Positions 28,308 to 40,869 of a DNA stretch of 64,000 bases are shown here, piece by piece. Under the pieces are notes generated by a model. The model was not told the DNA's origin, did not search any database, and was given only the letters and a program-made list of their open reading frames with translations. This DNA is from Proteromonas lacertae (taxonomy: Eukaryota): NCBI GenBank assembly GCA_002245135.1, contig NGBS01000304.1, positions 1 to 64,000 of the forward strand. The letters run 5' to 3'. The first letter of the stretch is position 1. Every line of letters starts with the position of its first letter. The position numbers and the translations under genes are program-made.

Positions 28308-29194
28308 AAATGCAAAATGAATTGTCAAGTCAACTCAAGCTTTATTCATTTTTCTTTTTTTATAAAAGCATTAGTTGTGAGACTAATTACTCATAAAATC
28401 AATAAATGGAAGTAACTAATGCTAAATCATTTTTAAGGTAATAAAATGTATAGTGTAATTATATCATCTTTATCTAAACATAATTGATAGAATGTAACTA
28501 TACTTCACAGATACCTTGTCTTATATATATCAAAACCTAACTACAACAATCGAAAAAAACAATTGTATATTTAATTTATTATATTCATAAATTTCTATGC
28601 TTGGTTGAATTCAAAAAATAGATATATAACATAATCATCCAAAGTAGATATAGAAGTAAAGTTCGACATAATTGATTGATATTCCTTAGAAGGGAGTAAT
28701 GGATTATTAACCAGAATATCACATCATGAAATGGATTGGTCAAATGTTGATAAGATCAATACCTTATTTGAAGATGATGAAGACATAATTGACTATATAA
28801 ATGTTTTTAATGTAAGTAGATATTCATGTAGAGATAAAAATGATAGTAGTTGTGTAAATCGAGGTAATTATGCATAATTATATAGCAAAATGACAGCATC
28901 ATTATATTTTAATCAACATAGCAAGTATAAATTATTTTATAGGTTAGATTGTGTGCTAACCCTGTATATATAGTTCTATAAATAAAAAGTTTGAATAGAA
29001 GTTTGAATATAGCAGTTTGCTATTATATTTTTTGATTTTATATCATTTAGATCTACATGCCAGCTTTAAAAATAAGCACATACGAAATAATCAAAAATAA
29101 CAAAGGAATTGTGGATTTATTTGATACAATTACACTAAATTTCAACATGATTTGAAAATACAAGTTAATGTTAAGCAGATATGTGTATAAAATA

Positions 29195-29810
29195 TGTTGT
29201 GCGCTGTTTGTCATAGTTGGCCGTTTGTCTGCCAGACACTTTTAAAACAAACTAAATGTATATTCTTACTTATTTTGATGAAAAATTGTTACTTTTGTAC
29301 TTACTTTGTCATATAACCTATGTCTGCAATATACTTTTTTGATAATTTCAGTATTGTATATATGAAACTCATTTATTTATATTTTTCGTTTTAGTGTTTA
29401 ATTCACTACTACAGACTAAAATACATTAACTGAGACGATTAGAATTATTGAACGATAATATATTACTGTCTAAAAAGAAATGTAAAAAGTTGGCTTGAGT
29501 GAGGCTTGTATATATTTTCATTTTTTGGTTTTTAAGCGTCTTCAAATCACAATCTAAGTATTCTAATCATCTCAGTTAATGTATTTTAGTCTGTAGTAGT
29601 GAATTAAACACTAAAACGAAAAATAAAAATAGATGCGTTTCATATATACAATACTGAAATTATCAAAAAAGTATATTGCAGACATAGGTTATATGACAAA
29701 GTAAGTGTAAAAGTAACAATTTTTCATCAAAATAAGTAAGAATATACATTTAGTTTGTTTTAAAAGTGTTTGGTAGATAAATGGCCAACTATGACAAATG
29801 GCGCACAACA
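29195..29810. mobile_element. Fold-back MITE 1 (TGTTGTGCGC...GCGCACAACA), ~250-bp TIRs
   Basis: 29195-29443 is a near-perfect reverse complement of 29562-29810; no matching TSD. Confidence 0.88.
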
Positions 29811-29991
29811 AACCTTAATTATAAATTAGAATTAAATATACTAGAGTTTTTCAGTATTTTGGTCTGTAACTAATATATAAGATAAATCTACCAACAACAC
29901 TACTTAATGAGGATAATCTGTCTTTCTTTTTATTTTTACTAGCACATTTCTTAATTAAGTTGATTAATTTTCTAAAATCACCTTTGTACCT

Positions 29992-30630
29992 TGTTGTGCG
30001 CCGTTTGTCATAGTTGGCCGTTTGTCTACCAGATATTCTTAAAACAAACTATATGTATATTTTTGCTTGTCTTGATGAAAAATTGTTACTTTTATACTTA
30101 CTTTGTTATATAACCTACCTCTGCAGTATACTTTTTTGTTGATATAAATAATTTGAATATTTGCGCCGTTTGTTTTCTAGAAATTTTTGAAGCAAACTAA
30201 ATGCATATTTAGCTAATATAGACTAAAATACATTAGCTGAAATGATTAGAAAAACTTAATGTTGATCATAAGACATTTAAAATGAAAAAAGATAATTTAG
30301 AATCAAGCCTCACTCAAGCCTATATTTTGCATTTCTTTTTTTATATAGAAAGATTTAATAATAATTACATTCTAGTTATTACAGCTAATATATTTTAGTC
30401 TATATTAGCTAAATATACGTTTAGTTTGCTTCAAAAATTTCTAGAAAACAAATGGCGCCAATATTCAAACTATTTATATTAACAAAAAAGTATACTGCAG
30501 AGGTAGGTCATATAACAAAGTAAGTAATAAAAGTAACGATTTTTCATCAAGACAAGTAAGAATATACATTTAGTTTGTTTTAAAAGTGTCTGATAGACAA
30601 ATGGCCAACTATGACAAATGGCGCACAACA
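29992..30630. mobile_element. Fold-back MITE 2 of the same family, 5-bp TSD TACCT
   Basis: ~260-bp imperfect TIRs; TACCT at 29987-29991 and 30631-30635; central spacer related to that of MITE 1 in the opposite orientation (GGCTTGAGTGAGGCTTG). Confidence 0.9.
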
Positions 30631-31819
30631 TACCTATATAATCAAATAAATATTATATGTTGTGCGCCGTTTGTCAGAGTTGGCCGTTTGTCTACCAGAC
30701 ACTTTCAAAACAAACTAAATACACAATTACACTTCTTTTAATGAAAAATTGTTACTTTTATACTTACTTTGTCATATAACCTACATCTATGAGTAACTAT
30801 TAATTGTCATAATATTGAATAAAAACTATCAAAATATATTCTAGAAATTATGTATATTCCAAATTTTATGTTTTTATTGACATATAATGTCTAAATGAGA
30901 AGTGTCAGTTACACAGGAATTAAGAATTATACCCCTTCTGACGTCGGGAAGTTTGGGTTTAGACGCGTGTTCAAAATTTGAACTCGCCTAATCTAGTTAG
31001 AGTTTGACTCTAATATTTTATATTACTTGACTATAATTGCTTAATTAAGAGATTCTGAGAAGATGGTAGAGATAGCACAACTATTTTTTGGTCTAATTTC
31101 ACGATCTTTTAATGATTTGAGCATTTTTGATCCCAACCTATTTACATAATAACTGTACACAGGATCTCCAGTTTTTTTATTAAATATCTTACTATTAGAT
31201 GAGAATGCTCAAAATATAATGTGTGATAACACAAGCTCGGCTTGAATATTTTTTAATATTTTATAAAATTTGAGCACCTGCCTCCTATAGGAAGCTAGGG
31301 CTTATTTTTGTTAATTAATTAATAAATACTATTATTTTTTAAACTGTTTGACTTATTTACTATCTGAATAACTATCTTAAGCTCTATTTCAATCGTTTAT
31401 CCCATAAAAACAATTTAACTAAGTCATTAAGACATATTTATTTATAACTAACTGATAATTGAACCTTTTTCTTAAAAAACAAATCATTCAACTAAATTTT
31501 GGCAATCTTGTATCTATTCGAGGAAGTCAACATATTTTACATTTCCATTGCTTCTATTATTGTTAAATTATCACCTTCTTGAACATAATTTACTTACATT
31601 TATTAAACTACTAGCCATTGGATAAGTTAAGAATTTAGAATCATCTACTTCTCGTTTTATAATCATGAATTTTGATAATTTGCTTTCTAAAGCATTTCTT
31701 ATACCTACAACGAAGTTATCTCTATTGAATTGTAATTGATATACTTCTACTAATCTTTTCATATATTATAAAGCTACTTCTTTTATATTCAATTTACCTC
31801 TCATGATTTAGCTTTGAAT

Positions 31820-32034
31820 ATCTAGCTTTTACAACCATTCTTTAAAATTTCTCAGGTGTAAGAAGACCTTTATCATTTGTAATTGTGATCTTATTAGCTT
31901 TACCAATACTCTCTTTTACAACACTTACATTCAAAGCATTATTAGTTATTATATATTGTCATAGATTCTTCACCTTTAAACACTTGAATTAACACATCGA
32001 GTTGTTAATCACTGTATGTACTAAATACTTGAGT
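31820..32034 (-). pseudogene. HSP70 substrate-binding-domain fragment (left-arm copy)
   Basis: Reverse complement of 34331-34545. Confidence 0.75.
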
Positions 32035-32779
32035 ATTATTAACTGAAATTTTGATATTAATTGTAATTAATTAACTTCTATTAATCCTTTCATATATTCA
32101 AAAGCTAATTCTTTAACTTTGTATAACTTTTACTTTGTTAAATCATCTCTTCTAAAAAACCTTTTTAAATCACTATAATTTCTTTTCTGTTCAATAAACA
32201 AGTCTCAATTATTACTTTAACAAGCACACATTCCTATATTATAGTGAAATTCCCATTGCCCAAATATCACTCAATGGACTTATACTACCTGTTTTAATTG
32301 ATTTGTTTAATATTTTTATTGAATATTGATTCTTTGATGGATCTTCACATAATTCAACTAATTTCTTTATTATTTTATATTGATTGATATGTCCATTACC
32401 ACTTTGATCTACTTGTAGCTTTCAATTTATTATTATATTCATTGATTTTTTATTTGTTTTTAAGGATTTAAATCATAATTCTATTTAAAAGATTAGATAT
32501 TTCATTTTCTTTCATTATCTCTTTATTAAATTAATTCAAACTCAATCGTTTTAAGCTCATTCCAATAATAATCATCACTAGTAAATTTATCTAAACGTTG
32601 GTTCTACCAATTGTTAATCTTGAACTAGTTATTGTAGATAAATTGTAACTGAACCAGGAACATCAATAGGTCAATAGAAAAAACTAGCATCGACTATCAA
32701 TAACTGAGCATATAAATAAGCGAATTTAAATATTCACGATTATTCTTCTTTTGATGAATGCTTTGTTGGGAATGTTTAA

Positions 32780-33400
32780 ACTAACCAACATAATTCATAG
32801 GTAATTGAACATTTCCAAATGCAGAAGGAACTGGGATATACTTTAAATACTTACAATTTGAACAACGAATTGCGACTTTGATGGCTTTTGGTCTTTAAAG
32901 AGATGCACTGATTATAAGTCCTGATATACTGACTAGTTTGTTCACATGATTTGCCTATTATATATATGTACATTAAAAATCATTTCATTTATACATTAAA
33001 TGATCGGATTGATATTGAGTTTTGTGAAAATTTTAATAAGACATTGATTAAGGGAGAATTTTCTGCATTTAACTCATTTTCTACTACTCTTTGAGCTGCA
33101 ATTTCAAACTATTGATAAGTAATAATAATTGTTTAATGTACTTGTGGTAAATAACAATTTGTCTCTCTTTGTAATACATCAAGTAAAACATTGTTGAATA
33201 TTCCTAGATGAGCTAAATTAATTTCTACAAAATATTCACCTCTGTTGAAATTTTCCAATAATGATTTTCTAGTGATAAGAATAATCAATATATTTATATA
33301 TACCTGTAGATATAAATATTGTTTTCACTATAATCTCTTAAAACCTCTTGAAACTTTGTTTGAGCTTGTAAAGGTTCTAAAGCAGACGATTCACCATTAA
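32780..33400 (-). pseudogene. MCM5: MCM5-like 5' fragment with retained introns
   Basis: KFQEVLRDYSENNIYIYR / GEYFVEINLAHL / FEIAAQRV / ANHVNKLVSISGLIISAS*RPKA...IRCSNC; contains stops and is truncated before the AAA domain. Confidence 0.7.
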
Positions 33401-33488
33401 AAATCTTTCATAAAGATAACAAGCCTTCAAACTTTTTACCACTTTGTTTATTAATATTTCTTGAATTTAAAATTCTGGAAAGAAAATA

Positions 33489-34126
33489 ACGGGATGTACG
33501 GGTTCTAGCCCTGTAGTAGTTCCAAATATTTTTGAATCTGAGGTAGAAATAAAAACAGTGAAGTTAAATATACATGAAAAAGCTTTTAAAAACCAAAATG
33601 GTGGAAGTCAACAGAATTCATCTCGAAACCAACCATTGTCATCTAATAATATAATAAAACCTTCAGTTAGACCAATTGGTCAATCTGTTGTAGGTGGTAG
33701 GCATACACATCAATTAATAGGATCAGTTGGTATGTCTTATTGTTCTGAAGAGTGTGATAATCCTGAAGTTTATGATTGGCTTACAAACGAATCACCTCGA
33801 AATTCCACAACCTCTCATGAAAGAGAAGCTCGAAAAAATGTCAAAAAGTATAGTACAATACTTGTGATATAAGTGAAAATATTCATGCAAAATTAAAACG
33901 TCATGTAACAATCGATAAGCCTATGGAGCAAACTAATTTATTAAAGTTACAAGTAGATCAAAGTGGTAATGGACATATCAATCAATATAAAATAATAAAG
34001 AAATTAGTTGAATTATGTGAAGATCCATCAAAGAATCAATATTCAATAAAAATATTAAACAAATCAATTAAAACAGGTAGTATAAGTCCATTGAGTGATA
34101 TTTGGGCAATGGGAATTTCACTATAA
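33489..34126 (+). pseudogene. CaMKK-like protein kinase fragment with internal deletions
   Basis: ACG-GGA-TGT (lost MGC start), then EQTN...HINQYKIIKKL, YSIKILNK and SDIWAMGISL abutting each other with the intervening subdomains missing. Confidence 0.65.
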
Positions 34127-34330
34127 TATAGGAATGTGTGCTTGTTAAAGTAATAATTGAGACTTGTTTATTGAACAGAAAAGAAATTATAGTGATTTAA
34201 AAAGGTTTTTTAGAAGAGATGATTTAACAAAGTAAAAGTTATACAAAGTTAAAGAATTAGCTTTTGAATATATGAAAGGATTAATAGAAGTTAATTAATT
34301 ATAATTAATATCAAAATTTCAGTTAATAAT

Positions 34331-34545
34331 ACTCAAGTATTTAGTACATACAGTGATTAACAACTCGATGTGTTAATTCAAGTGTTTAAAGGTGAAGAAT
34401 CTATGACAATATATAATAACTAATAATGCTTTGAATGTAAGTGTTGTAAAAGAGAGTATTGGTAAAGCTAATAAGATCACAATTACAAATGATAAAGGTC
34501 TTCTTACACCTGAGAAATTTTAAAGAATGGTTGTAAAAGCTAGAT
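34331..34545 (+). pseudogene. HSP70 substrate-binding-domain fragment (right-arm copy)
   Basis: TQVFSTYSD*QLDVLIQVFKGEESMT and NALNVSVVKESIGKANKITITNDKGLLTPEKF*RMV match cytosolic HSP70, with the segment between them deleted. Confidence 0.78.
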
Positions 34546-35659
34546 ATTCAAAGCTAAATCATGAGAGGTAAATTGAATATAAAAGAAGTAGCTTTATAAT
34601 ATATGAAAAGATTAGTAGAAGTATATCAATTACAATTCAATAGAGATAACTTCGTTGTAGGTATAAGAAATGCTTTAGAAAGCAAATTATCAAAATTCAT
34701 GATTATAAAACGAGAAGTAGATGATTCTAAATTCTTAACTTATCCAATGGCTAGTAGTTTAATAAATGTAAGTAAATTATGTTCAAGAAGGTGATAATTT
34801 AACAATAATAGAAGCTATGGAAATGTAAAATATGTTGACTTCCTCGAATAGATACAAGATTGCCAAAATTTAGTTGAATGATTTGTTTTTTAAGAAAAAG
34901 GTTCAATTATCAGTTAGTTATAAATAAATATGTCTTAATGACTTAGTTAAATTGTTTTTATGGGATAAACGATTGAACTAGAGCTTAAGATAGTTATTCA
35001 GATAGTAAATAAGTCAAACAGTTTAAAAAATAATAGTATTTATTAATTAATTAACAAAAATAAGCCCTAGCTTCCTATAGGAGGCAGGTGCTCAAATTTT
35101 ATAAAATATTAAAAAATATTCAAGCCGAGCTTGTGTTATCACACATTATATTTTGAGCATTCTCATCTAATAGTAAGATATTTAATAAAAAAACTGGAGA
35201 TCCTGTGTACAGTTATTATGTAAATAGGTTGGGATCAAAAATGCTCAAATCATTAAAAGATCGTGAAATTAGACCAAAAAATAGTTGTGCTATCTCTACC
35301 ATCTTCTCAGAATCTCTTAATTAAGCAATTATAGTCAAGTAATATAAAATATTAGAGTCAAACTCTAACTAGATTAGGCGAGTTCAAATTTTGAACACGC
35401 GTCTAAACCCAAACTTCCCTCTGACGTCATATTTAATTTAAAATTTCATTTTCTTCAACTTTTTTGTTTGTATGTTTTTTTGGTTCAGTCAAAGAGAAAA
35501 AATGAATTTCAGCAGACACTTTGAAGAATGTTAAAATATTATATCAAGATATGAAGATATTTCAAAAAAGAAAAATCAAGCTTGTCAAACTTAATATATA
35601 TTATTATTATTATTATTATTATTATCAAAATACTTACTTTATATTATTTATAAACTGTA

Positions 35660-38600
35660 TAATACTATCATGTACAGCGAAAGGTATAGAAGCATCATTA
35701 TTTTATAAACATAAAGTAGATGTAATTGATTTTGGTGATAAATTTATTAACAGATAAGCTGAAAGCGCATTTTAATAGAAAATCGAGGTTTAAGAAGTCA
35801 AAGATTAACTAGGCCCAATTATAGAGTAGAAAAAATAATATATCAAATATACAGCAGAATAGTGCTGATTTAGACTTTAGGAGAAAAAATGTATTAATTA
35901 GAAGAAAAAAAGCTCAAGCTCAAGATTTAGATATTGGTTGAAGTATCACTTACCAATGAAGGATCAATTAAACCAAATGTAATATTTACTCCACCAGAAG
36001 GTGAATTAGATATAGAAGAAAGTGTAACAATCGAAGTATCTTATACAAGTTCAACTCTTGGTGAATTTAGTGATCATTTTGAATTTGCATTAAAAGGAGC
36101 AACTAATAATGTGGTATTAACAGTAAAAGGACATGTAGTTGGTCCAACATTCTTCTTTAATAAGAATAAACTAGATTTTGGTATTGTAAGTTATGTGTTT
36201 TTAACTCAACTGATTTGATATTAAGAAATACTTCCTCTGTTCCATTTATATTCAATTTACGAGTTCCTCAAGATGGTAATTACTTAAACAAAGAATTCGA
36301 AATAATTCAAGCAGTAGCAACAGTATTACCAGAAGGAGAAGAGAAAATCAAAATCAATTTCATATCTCAAACAATAAAAGTATATGATTATTGTTTAGCA
36401 ATTGATATTGAAAGTGTAGGTGATGCTTTATTAACAATTCCAATAAGTGCTGAATGTCGAGTAGCTGAAGTAGAATTATTAGAAGAATCATTGAAATATG
36501 GAGATTGTTATTTAAGATATACTTATTATCGAACTTTAACATTAAAGAATAAATCCAATTTATATGCTCAATTTGAAAACAGAACAAGATGAAAGAAGTA
36601 AATCGATTGGTAGTTATTTCCCTGATCCAGTTAAAGGTGTAATTTGTCCAATGGCAACTCAAATGATTAAAGTTTAATTAAATCCTGAGAAATTAGGTGA
36701 TATGAGAATTCCATTATATATTCAAATAATTGGCAGTCAATATCCTCCATTGGTATTAGTATTAGAAGCAAATGGACTTGGACCAGTGATAAAGTCAAAT
36801 TTAAATCATATAAAATTTGGTGATATAACTTGTTTAGATACTCATACAAAAGAATTTACAATAACTAATCCAACTTCAATTCCAGCTTTTTATAAATTAG
36901 ATTTTGAACGAGGATTTTATTTTAATACTGATATAGTTGATGGTATATTACAAAGTAAAGAATCTCAAAAGATAGTAGTTAGTTGCATGTTGGAAGATGT
37001 ATTAGCTTATAAGGATACAATATACATAGCAGCAACTGAAGGAGATAGTGAAATTCTTCCAATTACAGCTAAATGTATAATAACAACAATATTTTGAGAA
37101 GATCCAGTAGATGTAATTGATTTTGGTGATCAATTCACAAACAGAACAATCGAAAGAGTATTTTTATTAGAAAACCGAGGTTTAAGAAGTCAAAGATTAA
37201 CTTGGATAAATCAAACTGCAGCAGAAAAAGAAAAAGCGTTTAAAGCCAATAAATCAAAGATAGAAAGTGAAATGAATTCAAACCTTATGAAGCTATATTT
37301 ACAATAACTCCCAATGCAATCGAATTAAAACCCAATACTGCTTGAAATTTTGTAACATATGGAAGTTGTGAAAAACCCTGTGAAGTGATGAAAATCTTTT
37401 CTTGTTTGAGGAAATTTGATGGAGAATTAAGAAATAATGAAGCAAAAGAAACCGAAGTAAAAGTGAACTTTATGAATCCATTAATTCAATGTTCTGAAGA
37501 GAAAATCGAAGTTCAAAGTAAGACAGTTGTATTTAAGAATATATCAACATTGAGTTTAGATGCGATAATAAGTATAGCAGCTCCATTATTATTGAGTATG
37601 AATGAATTCCATTTAGAACCAAATGAATCAATGAATGTGACAGTGGAATTTGATCCAAATTATAAAGATGATAAAATCTCATGTATAATAAATGGAATAT
37701 TGAATATAAGATATGAAGATCATCCTCAGAAAAATTCAATTCCATGTGTAGCTGATGTTGCCTTTCCCAATTTATGGTTATCTCAAAATGATTTTGATTT
37801 TGAACTGAAAATCGTCGAACAATTCCTTGTCCTTATCATTGGAAATTAGAAATAGATGAAACTGAAAATCAAGCATCTCCAATCAATTAAGTATTTGAAA
37901 TAACTCCAATTCAAGGTATTTTACAACTAGGTGAATGTGAAGAAATGGAATTGAGATATTCTGGAATACCACATGTATTATCAAGAGCATTGGGTAAATG
38001 TTATGTAGATGAAGGACTAGTTTATAATATCAAAATGAAAGGTGAAAGTTCAGTCGTATCTTATAGATTGGATAAACAAAATATTGATTTTGGTAGAATT
38101 CCTTATATGAAAGTAGAAGAAAGAGATTTTCATATATTTAATACAGGTTCAGTAGATTTTCCATTTAAAATCTCAACTGATAATGTATCTCGACCTGGTT
38201 TAGTTGATGTTTCACCATGTAATGGATTAATTCCATCTCATGATCAACAAAGAATCTCTGTTAAAATGAGAGTAGGAATTCCAGATTCAGTAATAGAGAA
38301 ATTAGTAATAGAAATAGCTCATTATGTTCCAATAGATTTTCCACTTTATATAACAGGTATTTATGCAAATATCAAAGTGAATGATGCTGAATACCAGATA
38401 ATTGGGAACATTACTTGGAAGAAGCTGATAGATTGATTGAATTATCCAATACAGAACATCCATTATCATTCCTAGCTTTACCATCACCAATCAAACAACA
38501 ACCATCTTTACCTGAAGTAGTAGAATCTTCAATAGATGAAAGTAATAATAACACTATTATAAATACTGAAGGAGAAGAAGCAAGACAACAACAGCCAGAA

Positions 38601-40410
38601 CAACCGGTTGAAGCTGAAAAGCCAATAATTGTAGATGGAGTTCCAGTTAATTCATCAACACATGGTTAAAAGAATTACCACCAGAACCAAAAATAGAAGG
38701 AGAATTAGCACCACATAGTGAAGAACCAACAATAGCAAATACAAATGCAGAAGAAGAAAAATCTAAAGAAAAAGAAAAAGATGAAAACAAAAAACAGTAT
38801 TCTGCAAGAGTAAATAGTCAAAAATCAGTTTCTGTCAGAAGTAAGAATTCACAACAGAATGATAATAAAATACCATCTCCACCTAAAATGATGACAAATA
38901 CGTACAAATTACCTTCAGGAAAGAATACAACAGGATTACAAATCGCAGTTGATAGAGAATTTGAAGCATTAAGATTATATTATATTGATTTATTATTAGA
39001 TGAAATAAACAATCAAAATCCTGCTGATTTATGTTTAGCTCGTAAAGAGAAAAAATTAAATGGAACATCAATAAATGGTTCAAAAAGTGAAGGAGTAGCT
39101 GATAAAACCACAACAACACCTGAAACTGGTTTAACAAATATCAGTAATAAAACAGGCAAAACAACAAAAATGGCGAATAAGAAAATATCTAATTTACATT
39201 TAGGTTGTAGTAGATTTTGGTAATGTAGTTCGAATTGATTGCAAGACGAAGACATTTACAATAACGAATATAGGTAATTTACCAGTGAATTTCGGAATAG
39301 AAAGAAGAACTTTAAAAGAGAGTGGATATACATTAACTCCAGATGAAGTGAAAAGATTACCAGAAAGTTCAACAGTGACATTTACAGCTAGTTTTACAGC
39401 GAAATCTGATTTACCTTATGGAAGATATGATTTAGCAATTCCAATCAAAGTACAAGGAGTACCAACTTATTGTATAATATAAAGATTATAATGTAATTCA
39501 AACTGAAGTAAGAAATGTAGGTGATAAATTGGCAGTGGAATTACCACCACCTGAAGAACCAGAACCAGTAGTAGAAGAAAGATCAGCTTTATCTGATCCA
39601 AAGAAAGGAGGAAAAAGAAGTAAATCAATTGATAAGAAAGGAGATAAAAACTCAAAGAAAGGTAAAAAAGAAGAACCACCACCACCTCCTCCTCCACCAT
39701 TTGGAGTTGGTTTATTATGTGATATAATCAATAACAATGGTGAAAGTGATATTGATATAATGATTCAAGAAATCAAAGAAACAGTTCCATTGTTTAATAC
39801 GTATGGAGATTGGAAAGTTCCACCTCCAGTAGTATTCCAATTAGTTAAGAAGCAAATTCCAAGAAAACCCTTAATACCAACAAGTAATTATAAATTAATA
39901 GATGAAAATAATGCCACAAGATGGAAATTAGAACCTGATGAAGAATTGCAATTGAAAGTGACTTTTGAATAATTAGAAACTGGTAAATTTAACTATTGTT
40001 TCCACTTTGAGATAGTTAATAAAGATAAAACGTATGAAGTTCCAATCAGTGGTATTTGTGATTATCCAAAGATTAATCAAAATCCTAAAGATATATTTAT
40101 GAAATCAATAAAACAAAAGAATGAACAACAAATAATAAGTAAGAGATATATAAAGAACAAAGGATATTATGAATTTGGTCAATTATTAATAGGCAAAAAC
40201 ATAAATATGAGAGAAATCAATCCATCTTTAAAAGCTAGTAATTGTGAAACAATTCAATTCAGTAATAATGGAATGTTTTCTACAACAGTTGATTTGTCAA
40301 TGAAAAATGATGATGGAATATTCACAATAGAACCAACCCAAATCGATATTGAAGCAGGTGAAACTCATACAGTAGATACTTGGGCATTTCCAGTAGAAAA
40401 TATTCAATAA
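35660..40410 (+). pseudogene. HYDIN: HYDIN (axonemal central-pair protein) pseudogene, internally deleted
   Basis: ASH/Ig-like repeats GPTFFFNKNKLDFGIVSY, LRNTSSVPFIFNLRVPQDG, YGDCYLRYTY, ENRGLRSQRLTW, YEFGQLLIGK; many stops and frameshifts; ~4.7 kb versus ~15 kb for a full CDS. Confidence 0.8.
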
Positions 40411-40801
40411 ACAAAAGTTGAATGAAAAGATAGAAGAATTATTAAATACTAAGATGTTATTCAAACTACCCATTACTCCATATCCCATATTTATTCTTTC
40501 TTCTTCTAGAAATATTATTACCAAATTGATGAAAAATACATTTTCAATAATCAGAATTTATCTAAATTAAAAGAATTATTACATTGGTATAATTTAAAAT
40601 AGTCAAAAGAAAAGAAAAAAGAAGATATATTTTTATATATATTGTTACGCTTACGTCTTAAATAATGAATCATTATTTTTTGGGGGGGTAAGAGTATTAT
40701 AAAATAACACAGTAAAATATCTATAAAAGCTATTCTACTACTATAATTTCTATAAATATATATAATTCTATCTATTCCTATTATATGAAATATGAGAAAT
40801 C

Positions 40802-40869
40802 AAAAGTGTCTCCTAGACAAACGGCGTGAGAAGATTTAGAAATACGCCGTTTGTCTAGGAGACATTTTT
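40802..40869. repeat. Hairpin built from the TIR motif (21-bp perfect stem, 16-nt loop)
   Basis: TGTCTCCTAGACAAACGGCGT (40807-40827) / ACGCCGTTTGTCTAGGAGACA (40844-40864). Confidence 0.85.

Larger units (their letters stand above)
30946..35419. mobile_element. Pack-MULE-like element: 9-bp TSD, ~1.48-kb TIRs, captured gene fragments
   Basis: TSD TCTGACGTC at 30937-30945 and 35420-35428; termini GGGAAGTTTGGG...CCCAAACTTCCC; arms ~30946-32422 and ~33943-35419 are nearly identical. Confidence 0.88.

Noticed and set aside
28500..29190. Coding-like scraps (EGSNGLLTRISHHEMDWSNVDKINTLF)
   Set aside because: Short and stop-interrupted; I cannot assign a family with confidence
31571..31762. Identical 63-aa ORFs at 31571-31762 (-) and 34603-34794 (+) as real genes
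   Set aside because: The identity simply reflects the inverted arms; no recognisable domain or splice support
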